Source of the DNA: Candidatus Krumholzibacteriota bacterium
Lineage (GTDB): Bacteria; Krumholzibacteriota; Krumholzibacteriia; Krumholzibacteriales; Krumholzibacteriaceae
Assembly (NCBI GenBank): GCA_030609325.1
Contig: JAUWCL010000009.1
Span: 4,818-68,817, forward strand
Direction: 5' to 3'
DNA: 64,000 nucleotides
Part shown: positions 39,805-50,929 of the stretch, piece after piece
Numbering within the stretch: the stretch's first letter is position 1
Layout of the letters: each line of letters opens with the position of its first letter
Translations under genes and position numbers: made by a program
The notes under the pieces: model-generated
Database searches by the model: none
Seen by the model: the letters and a program-made list of their open reading frames with translations, nothing else
What the model was told of the DNA's origin: nothing

Positions 39805-41688
39805 ATGAGACGCACCATCCTGGTTGTTCTTCTGCTGGTCGCGCTGCAGGCCCTGTCGGGGTGTTCGCAGGACGGCATCAGGAAGTACACCATAGAACAG
39901 TTCAAGAACACGCTTGCCGTGTCAGGAGGGTCTTTCTCTCACGACGATACGAAGCTGCTGATCACCACTGACGGGACCGGGATAAGGAACGCCTGGTCGC
40001 TCCCCGTCGCCGGCGGCGAGATGAGACAGCTGACATTCTCGGAAGACAACTCAGTGTTCGCGCTTTCGTACTTCCCCGAGGACGACAGGTTCCTCTGCCT
40101 TGCAGACCGCGAGGGCAACGAGCTCTATCACATCTTTCTCTACGACAGGGACGGGACGGTCACCGACCTGACTCCCTATCCCGGCGCGCGCGCGGTCTTC
40201 TACGAATGGACGCACGACATGGACGCGTTCCTCTTCGGCTCGAACAGGAGGGACGCGAAGTTCATGGACGTCTATGTGATGGACATCGAGTCCATGAAGC
40301 CGAAGATGATCTATCTCAACGACGCGGGCTACAATTTCGGATGGATGTCGAACGACATGAGGTACATGTCGTTGTCGAAGACGAACACCAACCACGATTC
40401 GGACATGTTCCTCTACGACCGGAAGACGGGAGAGGTCAGGCACATCACGCCTCACGACGGAGACGTCAACTACAAGCCGATGGATTTCAGCAGCGACTCG
40501 CGCCATCTCTACTACATCACAGACGACGGCGCGGAGTTCACCTACCTGTGCAGGTACGACATCGCGGGCGGCGGGAGCGAGATAGTCGAGAAGGCCGACT
40601 GGGACATCAGCTGCGCATGCTTCTCGTACAACTGCCGGTACAGGGTGACGGCGATCAACAACGACGCGAGGACGGAGATCAGGATATTCGACATGGAGAA
40701 GAACGGGCCGGTAGCCCTTCCCGAGCTTCCCGACGGAGTGATCACGTCGGTGGGCATATCGAAGAGCGAGAAGCTGATGAGGTTCTACGTCAACGGTTCG
40801 CGCTCTCCCAACAACCTCTACATCTACGATTTCGGGACGGGACAGTACAGCAGGCTCACCGATACGCTCAACCCGGAGATTGATCCGGCGCACCTCGTCG
40901 ACGCCGAGGTGGTGAGGTACGAATCGTTCGACGGTCTCGAGATCCCTGCGATATACTACCGTCCGCACGGAATCGGGGCCGGCGAGAAGATAGCGGCGGT
41001 GGTCTGGGTGCACGGAGGGCCGGGCGGGCAGGCGCGCGTCGGCTACAGCTCGTTCGTCCAGTATCTCGTCAACCACGAATACGCCGTACTGGCCGTCAAT
41101 AACAGGGGCAGCACGGGATACGGCAAGAGGTTCTACGGGCTCGACGACATGAGGCACGGCGAGGATGACCTGAGGGACTGCATCGAGGGGAAGAACTGGC
41201 TCGCTGCGACGGGGTACGTCGATGCGGAAAGGATCGCTGTCGCGGGCGGAAGCTACGGCGGGTATATCGCGCTGGCCGCCCTGACATTCGAGCCGGAGGA
41301 GTTCGCGGCGGGCGTAGACATATTCGGGATCTCGAACTGGATCCGCACGCTGGAGAGCATACCGCCCTGGTGGGAGAGTTACAGGAAGGCGCTATACAGG
41401 GAACTCGGCAATCCGAAGACCGACCGCGAGTACCTGAGGAAGATCTCGCCGCTGTTCCACGCGGACAATATCGTCAGGCCGCTGATGGTTCTCCAGGGCG
41501 CGAACGATCCGAGGATCCTGAAGGTCGAGTCGGACGAGATCGTCGAGGCGGCGAGAAAGAACGGCGTGGACGTCGAGTACCTCGTCTTCGAGGACGAAGG
41601 GCACGGATTCATGAAGAAAGAAAACCAGATCGAGGGGTACAGGGCTATCCGGCTCTTCCTCGACAAGCATCTGAAAGGCGGGGATTGA
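39805..41688 (+). CDS. S9-family serine peptidase lipoprotein (beta-propeller plus alpha/beta-hydrolase)
   Basis: Lipobox LSGC; catalytic GGSYGGY, downstream Asp/His (GANDPRI, EGHGF). Confidence 0.85.
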   Translation: MRRTILVVLLLVALQALSGCSQDGIRKYTIEQFKNTLAVSGGSFSHDDTKLLITTDGTGIRNAWSLPVAGGEMRQLTFSEDNSVFALSYFPEDDRFLCLADREGNELYHIFLYDRDGTVTDLTPYPGARAVFYEWTHDMDAFLFGSNRRDAKFMDVYVMDIESMKPKMIYLNDAGYNFGWMSNDMRYMSLSKTNTNHDSDMFLYDRKTGEVRHITPHDGDVNYKPMDFSSDSRHLYYITDDGAEFTYLCRYDIAGGGSEIVEKADWDISCACFSYNCRYRVTAINNDARTEIRIFDMEKNGPVALPELPDGVITSVGISKSEKLMRFYVNGSRSPNNLYIYDFGTGQYSRLTDTLNPEIDPAHLVDAEVVRYESFDGLEIPAIYYRPHGIGAGEKIAAVVWVHGGPGGQARVGYSSFVQYLVNHEYAVLAVNNRGSTGYGKRFYGLDDMRHGEDDLRDCIEGKNWLAATGYVDAERIAVAGGSYGGYIALAALTFEPEEFAAGVDIFGISNWIRTLESIPPWWESYRKALYRELGNPKTDREYLRKISPLFHADNIVRPLMVLQGANDPRILKVESDEIVEAARKNGVDVEYLVFEDEGHGFMKKENQIEGYRAIRLFLDKHLKGGD

Positions 41689-41695
41689 GTCAGCC

Positions 41696-42679
41696 ATGAG
41701 CAACATCGACGACCAGCGGCTGCTCGGACGGTTCGGGGAGGCGTATTCGAGCCTTCGCTCCGAGACAGCGAAGGTGATCATCGGGCAGGATCGCGTGCTC
41801 GACGAGCTCCTGTCCGCGCTGTTCGCCGGGGGGCACTGCCTTCTCGTGGGCGTACCCGGGCTGGCGAAGACCCTGATGATATCGACGGTGGCCTCATGCC
41901 TCGGGCTGAAGTTCTCGAGGATACAGTTCACGCCCGACCTGATGCCGAGCGATATCATGGGCACCGAGGTGCTCGAGGAGGACAAGGCCTCGAGCCGCCG
42001 GGTCTTCCGCTTCCTCAAGGGGCCGGTTTTTGCGAATGTCGTGCTGGCCGACGAGATCAACAGGACCCCGCCGAAGACGCAGGCGGCCCTGCTCCAGGCG
42101 ATGCAGGAGAAGAACGTAACCGTCGGCGGAGAGACCCATCCTCTCGAGGCGCCGTTCTTCGTGCTCGCGACCCAGAACCCGATCGAGCTCGAGGGGACGT
42201 ACCCCCTCCCCGAGGCGCAGCTCGACAGGTTCATGTTCAACATCATGGTAGACTATCCCGAGGAGAGCGAGGAGATGAGGATCGTCGATACCACGACCTC
42301 CGTCGAAAGCCCCGCCGTGGAGAAGGTCCTGACCGGCGAGGAGATCGTCGAGATACAGGGGCTGGTCAGAAAGGTCCCTATCTCGGAGAACGTCCTCTCA
42401 TACGCGGTGCGTCTCGCGAGGGCGAGCCGCGACGGCGCCTTCGAGGGAGTCGGCGAGTACCTTTCGTGGGGAGCCGGCCCCAGGGCGGGCCAGTATCTCG
42501 TTCTCGGCGCCAAGGCGAGAGCGGTGATGCGCCACAGGACGACGCCCGACATCGAGGACATTCGGGCCGTGGCATACCCTGTCCTCAGGCACAGGCTGGT
42601 GACGAATTTTCATGCCGAGGCGGACGGCGTCACCACAGACGAACTGGTGAAGAGACTGCTCGATACCGTCGCGCCGTGA
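41696..42679 (+). CDS. MoxR-family AAA+ ATPase
   Basis: Walker A GVPGLAKT, Walker B VLADEINR, sensor motifs. Confidence 0.9.
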   Translation: MSNIDDQRLLGRFGEAYSSLRSETAKVIIGQDRVLDELLSALFAGGHCLLVGVPGLAKTLMISTVASCLGLKFSRIQFTPDLMPSDIMGTEVLEEDKASSRRVFRFLKGPVFANVVLADEINRTPPKTQAALLQAMQEKNVTVGGETHPLEAPFFVLATQNPIELEGTYPLPEAQLDRFMFNIMVDYPEESEEMRIVDTTTSVESPAVEKVLTGEEIVEIQGLVRKVPISENVLSYAVRLARASRDGAFEGVGEYLSWGAGPRAGQYLVLGAKARAVMRHRTTPDIEDIRAVAYPVLRHRLVTNFHAEADGVTTDELVKRLLDTVAP

Positions 42680-42701
42680 CCGGGCGCGGGGAAAGACACG
42701 T

Positions 42702-43607
42702 ATGTCCCCGGAAAAACAAACCGCGGGGGATTTTCTGCGCCCCGAGACAGTCAGCCGTCTGGCGAACATGGAGCTTCGCGCGAGACTGATCGTCGAGGGA
42801 TTCATAGCGGGGCTCCACCGGTCGCCCTACCACGGTTTCTCCGTCGAGTTTGCCGAGTACAGGCAGTACAACGCGGGCGAATCGACGAAGAACATCGACT
42901 GGAAGATCTACGCGAAGACCGACCGCTACTACCTCAAGGTCTTCGAGGACGAGACCAACCTGCGGGGCACGCTCCTTCTCGACCGCAGCGCTTCCATGGA
43001 TTTCTCCGGCGGAGGGGTGACGAAGCTCCGTTACGGCGCCCTGCTCTGCGCCGCCCTCTCGTACCTGATGATAAAGCAGCGTGACGCCGCCGGGCTGGCC
43101 CTCTTCGACGACCGCATAAGCGAGATCGTCCCGCACAGGTCGGCGAGGAAGCACCTCTTCCGACTGCTGAGGGAGCTCGAGAACGTCACACCGGGAGGCC
43201 GGACGGGTATCAGCCGGGCGCTGCACGACATGGCCGAGCGGATACACAGGCGCGGGCTTGTAGTTCTTATAAGCGACCTGATCGACGAGCCGGAGGAAGT
43301 GATTAGCGGGATGAAGCATTTCAGGCACAGGGGCCACGAGCTCGTCGTCTTCCACCTGCTCGACCCCATCGAGCTCTCGCTCGACTATGGAGGCGAGGTG
43401 ACCTTCGTCGACAGGGAGACGGGGAAAAAGCTGCGGTCGCAGCCGTGGTTCGTCCGGAAGGAATACCGGCGCAGCGTCGGCGACTGGACCTCGTATCTCG
43501 AGAAGCGGTGCCTGGAGAACGCGATCGACTACAACCTCGTCACGACCTCGACGCCGTTCGACGAGGCGCTGGTAAGATATCTCGGCAAGAGAGGCAGGAT
43601 GCGCTGA
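42702..43607 (+). CDS. DUF58 (vWA-like) protein, MoxR partner
   Basis: Conserved DUF58 core (HGFSVEFAEYRQYNAGESTKNIDWKIYAKTDRYYLKVFEDE). Confidence 0.8.
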   Translation: MSPEKQTAGDFLRPETVSRLANMELRARLIVEGFIAGLHRSPYHGFSVEFAEYRQYNAGESTKNIDWKIYAKTDRYYLKVFEDETNLRGTLLLDRSASMDFSGGGVTKLRYGALLCAALSYLMIKQRDAAGLALFDDRISEIVPHRSARKHLFRLLRELENVTPGGRTGISRALHDMAERIHRRGLVVLISDLIDEPEEVISGMKHFRHRGHELVVFHLLDPIELSLDYGGEVTFVDRETGKKLRSQPWFVRKEYRRSVGDWTSYLEKRCLENAIDYNLVTTSTPFDEALVRYLGKRGRMR

Positions 43608-43612
43608 CCGGC

Positions 43613-45661
43613 ATGAATTTTCTCAACCCCGCATTCCTCTTAGCGCTGGCCGCTTCGGCGGTCCCGCTCCTGATACATCTGCTGAGTCGCCGACGGGCGA
43701 GGGAGGTCCCGTTCAGCTCTCTGCGCTTTCTCGAGAGATCGGACAGAAAGAGCATGAGGAGGATCAATCTGCGGAGGCTCATCCTGCTCGCGCTGCGGAC
43801 CGCCGCGATCGCCCTCGTTGCACTGGCCTTCGCCAGGCCGGTCATCACCGGCAGGACCGCCTCGCTCTTTCCCGGGAAGGAGCCGAAATCGGTCGTGGTG
43901 ATGATCGACCGCAGCTACAGCATGGGGGTGTGGGGGAGCGAAGGGACCGCCTTCGATGCCGCGGCCGCCGCGGCCCTCGACATCGCGGAGGGGCTGGAGG
44001 AGGACGACGAGCTGACGCTCGTCCTGTTCGACGAGGGAGCGGAGGAGATATTCACCGCGGAGAGGCCCGGACGCGCTGCTGCGGCAGGAGCCCTCGCCGG
44101 CGCGGAGCCGTCCCTGAGGGGAACGGACCTGAGAGCGGCGGCCGGGCACGGGCTCGGCCTCCTCCGTCGCAGCAGGAGGACGGCGAGGGAGCTCTTCATC
44201 GTATCCGACTTCCAGAGGACAGGGATGGCGGGCTCGAGGGAGATCGAAGCGCCTGCGAGGACGAGGGTCTTCCTCGTGCCGGTAACGCCCGCGTCCGGTC
44301 CGAACGTCGCTGTAGAGAGGGTGATCCTCCCCGGCTCGGCGCTGCACAGGGACGAGGCTGCGGTGATGAGGGTCTTTGTGCGCAACACCTCTCCCGACCG
44401 CCCCGCGGGATTCCCGCTGCGTGTCGACATCGACGGGCGCCGGATCATCGAGAAGGAGATCGAGCTGCCGCCGGGAGGAGCGGCGCAGTGTACATTTGAA
44501 TTCGATCTCGGACGCGCCGGGTGGGTCCGCGGCAGCGTCAGCTGCAGGGAGGACATGCTCCCCGCCGACGACACGAGGCTTTTCGCGGTCCTCGTCAGGG
44601 AAAAGACGCCTGTCCTGCTGATATCCGGAGGGGATGCGTTTTACCTCGGGCAGGCGCTCGCCCCGGAGGGAGCGGACGGAGATATCGATCTCGGCGAGGC
44701 CGGGTGGAGCGGGTACACGACCGCCGATCTCGCCGGGGCCGATGTCGTGGTCGCCGGTCCGGGAGGAAGGCCGCGCCCCGGAGACGCGGCCCTCCTGAAA
44801 CGTTACGCCGAGGGTGGTGGAAGGGTCGTCGTATTCATATCGCCGGGGATGGAGAGGTTCGCCGCGGACCTCAGCTCGTACAGCCTCACGGTGACGGCAC
44901 GCGGGACGGGCGGCGGCTTCGTCGAGCTCGAGCGCCCCGGCGGGGAGAACCCCCTTCTCTCCATATTCAGCGACGGCGATCTCGACGGGATAGCCGGGCT
45001 GAGGTTCGTCGGGACCGCCGGGGTCGGAGGCCTTCCGCCCGGAATGGCGGCGCTCTCATTCTCGGACGGCACGCCGTTCGCATGGGCCGAGCGAGCCGGT
45101 GAAGGGGAGATCGTCTTTGCCGCCGCCTCTCCGGTACCGGAAAGCGGCGACCTGGTCCTCTCGCCCTGGTTTCTCCCGCTCGTGCAGCAGATGGTCCTCG
45201 CGCCCCTCGACGTGTCGCCGGGAAGGGAAGGGGCGCTCATCGGCTCTTCCGTCCCCGTACCGCTGAAGGGGGAAGGGGGCTGCTCGATACTGCTGCCCGG
45301 AGGAGTGGAGTACATAGATCCCCTTCCGGCCGGACCTGGAAGGATCACCGTTCCGGCCGGGGACAGGCAGGGGTACCTCACGACCGCCTGCGGCGGAGAG
45401 GAATGGCAGACGGCCGTCAATCCGGACTGCAGGCTCGAGTCGTCTCTCGATTACATGACCGCAGACGAGGCTGCCGACTCGCTCGGATTCGAGAGCTATG
45501 CCGCCGCGCGGGCGGACGCAGGCATATCGGGGACGGTAAGGGAAGCGAGGGAAGGAAGAGAGATCGCCGACGTGCTGATCGTCGCAGCCGCGCTTCTTCT
45601 CGCGGCAGAGCTCGCCGTGGCGCAGCGCCGCGGAGGAGGAAGAGAAGGTGAGAAAGCCTGA
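43613..45661 (+). CDS. BatA-like protein (N-terminal double-TM aerotolerance domain plus vWA)
   Basis: Start at MNFLNPAFLLALAASAVPLLIHLL (BatA_N); vWA-like segment (VVVMIDRSYSMG); the track start 43445 overlaps the DUF58 gene. Confidence 0.65.
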   Translation: MNFLNPAFLLALAASAVPLLIHLLSRRRAREVPFSSLRFLERSDRKSMRRINLRRLILLALRTAAIALVALAFARPVITGRTASLFPGKEPKSVVVMIDRSYSMGVWGSEGTAFDAAAAAALDIAEGLEEDDELTLVLFDEGAEEIFTAERPGRAAAAGALAGAEPSLRGTDLRAAAGHGLGLLRRSRRTARELFIVSDFQRTGMAGSREIEAPARTRVFLVPVTPASGPNVAVERVILPGSALHRDEAAVMRVFVRNTSPDRPAGFPLRVDIDGRRIIEKEIELPPGGAAQCTFEFDLGRAGWVRGSVSCREDMLPADDTRLFAVLVREKTPVLLISGGDAFYLGQALAPEGADGDIDLGEAGWSGYTTADLAGADVVVAGPGGRPRPGDAALLKRYAEGGGRVVVFISPGMERFAADLSSYSLTVTARGTGGGFVELERPGGENPLLSIFSDGDLDGIAGLRFVGTAGVGGLPPGMAALSFSDGTPFAWAERAGEGEIVFAAASPVPESGDLVLSPWFLPLVQQMVLAPLDVSPGREGALIGSSVPVPLKGEGGCSILLPGGVEYIDPLPAGPGRITVPAGDRQGYLTTACGGEEWQTAVNPDCRLESSLDYMTADEAADSLGFESYAAARADAGISGTVREAREGREIADVLIVAAALLLAAELAVAQRRGGGREGEKA

Positions 45662-48600
45662 TGTGGGAAACCTTGAGAGAGAAGATCTCGGAACTGCCCC
45701 CCTTCCTCGAGCTCTCCCGCAGGCTCGCCGCGCAGGGAGAGACGGCGAGGGCGGGCGGGTTGACCGGCAGTTCGCGATCGCTCGTTCTCTCGACACTCGT
45801 GCCCTTTCTGGGGCGGGGAGTCGTGGCGATCGCCTCCGACCCGGTCCGGGCGAGGGATATCGCGGCCGACCTCGATCATTTCGGCGCAGGCCGCGTCGTC
45901 TTCTATCCGGAGGACGAGATGCTGCCCTATGACTATCACGATCCCGACAGGAACCTCACCGGCATGCAGATGGCCGCCCTGGCCGACCTGGCGGAGAAGA
46001 GATGCGACGTCTTCGTCTGCACGCCCAGGTCGCTCCTGAAGAAGGTATTCGCCCCCGGCGTCTTTCTCGATCTCATAACGGACCTTCGCGCGGGAGAGGA
46101 GAAGGATCCGTACGAACTGGTCGAGCGGCTCGTCCACCTCGGGTACGAGAGACACGGCATCGTAGAGGAGAAGGGACAGTTCGCCATGAGGGGAGGGATC
46201 TTCGACATCTTCGAGGTAGCATCGCTCGATCCCGTGAGGATGGAGTTCGACGGCGATGAGATTGTCTCGATCCGTATGTTCGACATCGAGACACAGCGGT
46301 CGATGGAGGCTGTCGATTCGATCCGGATCCACCCGCTGCACCACCTCGCACCCGACGAAGGGGGAATCGGGCGGCTCGAGGCGTTCCTCGAGACGGAGAG
46401 CGCGGGACTCGAGGAGCAGGAGAGAAAGAAGATAATGCTTTCCGCCGAGCGGTTTGCCGCAGGGATACATTTCTTCGGCATGGAGCACTATGCCGCCATC
46501 GTCCACGACGTCGTCCCGGTGACCGATTATTTCGACGAGCCGCCGCTGATGGCGCTCTACGGCAGCGAGGACATCGAGACGCTGACGGAGGAGTTCAGGG
46601 AGGAGATCGAGAGGCGGTACGAGCGGTCGAGGGAGGAGAGCGTCTACCCGCGGCCCGATCTCGTATACGCGGGCGGCCGGGAGTGGGACGGCGCGCTGGA
46701 GGCCTCCGGGAGGCTCGAGTTCACTGCGCTCCCCGGCGGGGACGACGTGCGCTTCTCCGCCTCGGCGGTCGGCGACTACCGCAGGAATATCAAGGGGCTC
46801 GTCTCCGACGTCCGCAGGGAACTCGACAGGGGCAGAAGGGTGTTCCTCTTCTGCGCGAGCGAGATCCAGCGGGAGAGGGCCGGGGAGATCCTCTCCGACG
46901 TGGCGCTCGAGATCGATTTCCCGATCGGCGAGATCTCGAGCGGATTCAGGTGGCCGGCCACCGGTATGGTCTTCCTCAGCGAGGAGGAGGTGTTCGGCAG
47001 GTTCCACAGGCCGTGGCATTCCCCCCGGGCGAGAAGCAGGTCGCTTGTCTACGACCCGTCGCACTTCAAGCCGGGCGACTTCATCGTCCACGTCAGCCAC
47101 GGCACAGGCAGGTACATGGGGATGCGTGTCCTCGAGATCGAGGGGAGCAGGACCGAATGTCTCGACATCAGGTACGAGGGCAACGACAGGCTCTTTATCC
47201 CCGTCTCCCGGCTGAGGATGGTAGAGAAATATACGGCCGCCGAGGGGGCGCAGCCGGCGCTCGCCCGCCTCGGGAGCGGTACCTGGAAGAGGGCGAAGGA
47301 GCGGGCGCGCAAGAGCGCCGGCATGATCGCGCAGGACCTGATCGAGATATACGCCGCCCGGCAGATGGCCGACGGGTTCGTCTACGGCCCCGACAAGCCC
47401 TGGCAGAAGGAAATGGAGGCCTCTTTCCCGTGGGAGGAGACACCGCACCAGCTGCAGGCGACATCCGAGGTCAAGGCCGACATGGAGAGCACGAGGCCGA
47501 TGGACAGGCTCCTCTGCGGCGACGTCGGCTTCGGCAAGACCGAGGTCGCCGCGCGCGCCGCGTTCAAGGCGGTGCTCGACGGCAAGCAGGTGGCAGTGCT
47601 CGTGCCGACGACCGTCCTCGCGCTGCAGCACCACAACACCTTCGGCGAGAGGTTTGCAGGATTTCCCGTCAACGTCGCGATGCTCAGCAGGTTCGTGTCG
47701 GCGGCAGGGCGGAAGAAGGTCGCAGAGGGAGTCGCCCTGGGGGAGATCGACATAGTAATAGGGACGCACCGGCTTCTCTCGAAGGACATCGAGTTTGCCG
47801 ACCTCGGTCTCGTGATCGTGGACGAGGAGCACAGGTTCGGCGTCGCCCACAAGGAAAAGCTCAAGAAGATGAAGAAAGCGGTCGACGTGTTGAGCATGAC
47901 CGCCACCCCCATCCCGAGGACCCTCTCGATGGCGATATCGGGGATCAGGGACATATCGACGATCGATACCCCGCCGCGCAACCGCCTGCCGATACATACG
48001 GAGATACTCCCCTTCGACGACGAGATGATCCGCGAGGCCGTCATGCGCGAGATCGGGCGCGGCGGGCAGGTCTTCTTCGTCCACAACCGGGTGCAGTCGA
48101 TAGAGGTGATGGAAGGGTACCTCTCCAGGCTCCTCCCCGACCGGGTCAGGATAGCCCACGCCCACGGGCAGATGAAGGAGCGCGACCTCGAGCGGATAAT
48201 GATCGATTTCGTCGAGAAGAGATTCGACGTGCTCCTCAGCACGATGATCATCGAGGCAGGCCTCGATTTCCCCAACGTCAACACGATTATCATCAACCGC
48301 TCCGACAGGTTCGGCCTCGCACAGCTCTACCAGCTGAGGGGCCGCGTCGGGCGCTCGGACAGGAAGGCTTACGCCTACCTGCTCATCCCGAAAGGCGGCG
48401 GCCTGAACTCGACGGCGATAAATCGCCTCCAGGCGATCACCGAGTTCGATTATCTCGGCGCCGGCTACCGCATAGCGATGAGGGATCTCGAGATCCGCGG
48501 GGCGGGCAACTTCCTCGGCCACCAGCAGTCGGGCCGGATCAACGCTGTCGGGCTTGACCTCTACTCGAGGATGATCAGGGAGGAGGTAGCCGGGAGGCGC

Positions 48601-49104
48601 GGCGAAGAGGTCGAGAAGGAGCAGGAGGTGAGGATATCGGTCTCCGCGCCCGCATACCTGCCCGACAGCTACGTCACCGACTCGGAGGAGCGGATGGATA
48701 TATACCGCAGGCTCAGCCGGGTCCGCGGCGTCGAGGAGCTCGGCGAGTTGCGGAGCGAGCTTCTCGACAGGTTCGGCGAGCCGCCGCCGCCGGGCGGGAA
48801 CATGCTGAAGCTGGTCGAGCTGAAGGCGAGGGCGGCCTCCGCGGGGCTCGACAGCGTAGAGATCGACACGAAAGGTGTTCTCAAGGCGGCATTTACCCCC
48901 CGGCACACCCCCTCGCGGAAACTCATAGCCGAGATAGCGAAGAAGTTCGAGGGAAGGCTCACATTTCACATGGAAAAGGGATTTTCGATGACCGTATCGG
49001 CGCGGCCCGGCGAAAAGTATCCGGCGGATGACCTCTGGAGCTCCCGGCCGGGTGCGGCAGACCTCGAAAGCCTGTTGAATCTATTGAAAAATTTTGATAA
49101 ATAA
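45661..49104 (+). CDS. mfd: transcription-repair coupling factor Mfd
   Basis: UvrB-homology N-terminus, CarD/RNAP-interacting domain, superfamily-2 helicase motifs (GDVGFGKTEVA, DEEHRFG), TRG motif. Confidence 0.95.
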   Translation: MWETLREKISELPPFLELSRRLAAQGETARAGGLTGSSRSLVLSTLVPFLGRGVVAIASDPVRARDIAADLDHFGAGRVVFYPEDEMLPYDYHDPDRNLTGMQMAALADLAEKRCDVFVCTPRSLLKKVFAPGVFLDLITDLRAGEEKDPYELVERLVHLGYERHGIVEEKGQFAMRGGIFDIFEVASLDPVRMEFDGDEIVSIRMFDIETQRSMEAVDSIRIHPLHHLAPDEGGIGRLEAFLETESAGLEEQERKKIMLSAERFAAGIHFFGMEHYAAIVHDVVPVTDYFDEPPLMALYGSEDIETLTEEFREEIERRYERSREESVYPRPDLVYAGGREWDGALEASGRLEFTALPGGDDVRFSASAVGDYRRNIKGLVSDVRRELDRGRRVFLFCASEIQRERAGEILSDVALEIDFPIGEISSGFRWPATGMVFLSEEEVFGRFHRPWHSPRARSRSLVYDPSHFKPGDFIVHVSHGTGRYMGMRVLEIEGSRTECLDIRYEGNDRLFIPVSRLRMVEKYTAAEGAQPALARLGSGTWKRAKERARKSAGMIAQDLIEIYAARQMADGFVYGPDKPWQKEMEASFPWEETPHQLQATSEVKADMESTRPMDRLLCGDVGFGKTEVAARAAFKAVLDGKQVAVLVPTTVLALQHHNTFGERFAGFPVNVAMLSRFVSAAGRKKVAEGVALGEIDIVIGTHRLLSKDIEFADLGLVIVDEEHRFGVAHKEKLKKMKKAVDVLSMTATPIPRTLSMAISGIRDISTIDTPPRNRLPIHTEILPFDDEMIREAVMREIGRGGQVFFVHNRVQSIEVMEGYLSRLLPDRVRIAHAHGQMKERDLERIMIDFVEKRFDVLLSTMIIEAGLDFPNVNTIIINRSDRFGLAQLYQLRGRVGRSDRKAYAYLLIPKGGGLNSTAINRLQAITEFDYLGAGYRIAMRDLEIRGAGNFLGHQQSGRINAVGLDLYSRMIREEVAGRRGEEVEKEQEVRISVSAPAYLPDSYVTDSEERMDIYRRLSRVRGVEELGELRSELLDRFGEPPPPGGNMLKLVELKARAASAGLDSVEIDTKGVLKAAFTPRHTPSRKLIAEIAKKFEGRLTFHMEKGFSMTVSARPGEKYPADDLWSSRPGAADLESLLNLLKNFDK

Positions 49105-49209
49105 CATAAGTTAACTGTTACGTGTCGGGCATCCGGGTGCTCGAAAGCTCCCCCCCGGGGATGGCCCTGTAAATGAGCGGGTAAAGCGACGGTCCGAAAG
49201 GAGAGAACA

Positions 49210-50907
49210 TTGAGAAGGACGATACTGGTATTTGCGATTGCGGCCCTGGCCATCGCGGCGGGTTGCGGAGAGAAGGACAACAGCGCTCTGGTGATAGCCA
49301 GGGTCGACACGAGGGAGATCACCGTGGCCGATTTCGAAAAGGTCTCGGAGACGATCGACCAGAAATTCCTGCCCGAGACGGACGACCTCGAAGGCAAGAT
49401 GGTCCTTCTCAAACATATGATAAACAAGGAAATCATGGGCCTGAAGGCGCTGGCGATGGGCTACGATAAGGAGAAATGGTTCGTCGACCTCTGGGCGCAG
49501 TACAAGGGCCCGTTTCTCATAGCGCAGCTGATGGACCAGAAGGTGGCCAGAAAGGTGGAGGTCACCGACGAGGACATCGCCGAATACTACAGGCAGATGC
49601 ACTTCGAGTATACCCTCAGCCAGATCATCGCCGCCAACGAGGACGAGATCATCGAGATCAGGGAGAAGGCTGTCGCCGGTGAGGATTTCGCCGAGCTGGC
49701 GAAGAAATACTCCCTCGGCGTCGGAGCCGAGAACGGCGGATACGTCGGGGCCAATACCGTCGGCAGGATCCACTGGTGGGTGGAGGAGGAGCTCTTCACG
49801 ATGGAGGCCGGAGACATCTCCGGGCCGTTGCGTACTGCGACCGGATGGGCGATCATCAAGCTGCACAGGAAGCGCAAGGTCGATCCTGTGTACGACGAGC
49901 AGATGGCCGCCAGGCGCGTAAGGGCGATCAGGGAGAAGAAGGGGATGGATGCGCTGAAGGCCGAGATCGAGAAGGAGATAGGCCTTCAGTTCTTCACCGA
50001 CGCGGTCAACATCGCATACGACGGTCTTCCCGACGACATCCCGATGAAGGACATAATGACGTACAAGGTCAACCGCCAGAACGCCCCGAAGCTGAATATA
50101 CCCGAACAGTTCATGGACAAGCTGATCTGCCAGTATTCGGACGGCAGCTACACGCTGGCAGATTTCGAGGAGATCTATTACAGGCTGGCGCTGCCCGGAA
50201 GGCCGAGGAGGCAGTACGGGCGCGAGCAAATCGTCCAGACGATGCACAAGATCGTGTTCGACAAGATCCTCCCCGTTTACGCGGAGCAGAAGGCGAAGTT
50301 GCTCGAGATCCCCGAGGTGAAAAAGAACCTCGATTCGAAAAGGGAGATGTTTCTCGTCCAGAAGCTGTACGACGATCAGATCAAGGACGAGGTCACCGTG
50401 ACGATCAGGGATAAGCAGGACTATTACGCCGAGAATCTCGACATACTCGTCAAGCTCGAGATGAGAGACTTCTCCGTCCTTCTCGTCGCCGACCAGAAGA
50501 CCGCCGGCGATATGCACGAGAAGGTGGTCGAAGGGATGAACTTCAGCATGCTGATCGGGAAATTCTCGGTGGACGAAAACGTGAAGGAGAGCTCCGGCCG
50601 CACGGGGCTTCACGTCAAGGGGGACATGGCGGACTACGACGAGGTCGGCTTCGCGCTCGACGGTCCCGGATCGATCTCCGAGCCGTTTCAGACCCCGAGG
50701 GGCTGGGCGGTGATCAAGGTCGAGGAAGTCGAGGACGAGAGGCTGCCGACCTTCGAAGAGGCCGATGCCACGATCAGGAAGACCCTCCGCGAGATCAAGT
50801 ACGAAGAGCATCTGAACAAGAAGCTCGAGAAGTGGCGTGAGGATTACATCATCGAGATAGACAAGTCGGCCCTCGCCAGGGCCGGGCTCAAGAGGACCAG
50901 GCTCTGA
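49210..50907 (+). CDS. PpiC/parvulin peptidyl-prolyl isomerase lipoprotein (SurA/PrsA-like, two parvulin domains)
   Basis: TTG start, lipobox AAGC; parvulin cores (GGYVGANTVGRI..GWAIIKL and ..FQTPRGWAVIKV). Confidence 0.7.
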   Translation: MRRTILVFAIAALAIAAGCGEKDNSALVIARVDTREITVADFEKVSETIDQKFLPETDDLEGKMVLLKHMINKEIMGLKALAMGYDKEKWFVDLWAQYKGPFLIAQLMDQKVARKVEVTDEDIAEYYRQMHFEYTLSQIIAANEDEIIEIREKAVAGEDFAELAKKYSLGVGAENGGYVGANTVGRIHWWVEEELFTMEAGDISGPLRTATGWAIIKLHRKRKVDPVYDEQMAARRVRAIREKKGMDALKAEIEKEIGLQFFTDAVNIAYDGLPDDIPMKDIMTYKVNRQNAPKLNIPEQFMDKLICQYSDGSYTLADFEEIYYRLALPGRPRRQYGREQIVQTMHKIVFDKILPVYAEQKAKLLEIPEVKKNLDSKREMFLVQKLYDDQIKDEVTVTIRDKQDYYAENLDILVKLEMRDFSVLLVADQKTAGDMHEKVVEGMNFSMLIGKFSVDENVKESSGRTGLHVKGDMADYDEVGFALDGPGSISEPFQTPRGWAVIKVEEVEDERLPTFEEADATIRKTLREIKYEEHLNKKLEKWREDYIIEIDKSALARAGLKRTRL

Positions 50908-50929
50908 TCGAAAGGCCCCGGGGAGCGAT

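Noticed and set aside
45496-48969. 1157-aa minus-strand ORF
   Set aside because: Antisense to mfd, whose plus-strand translation has unmistakable helicase motifs; composition is Arg/Gly/Pro-dominated.
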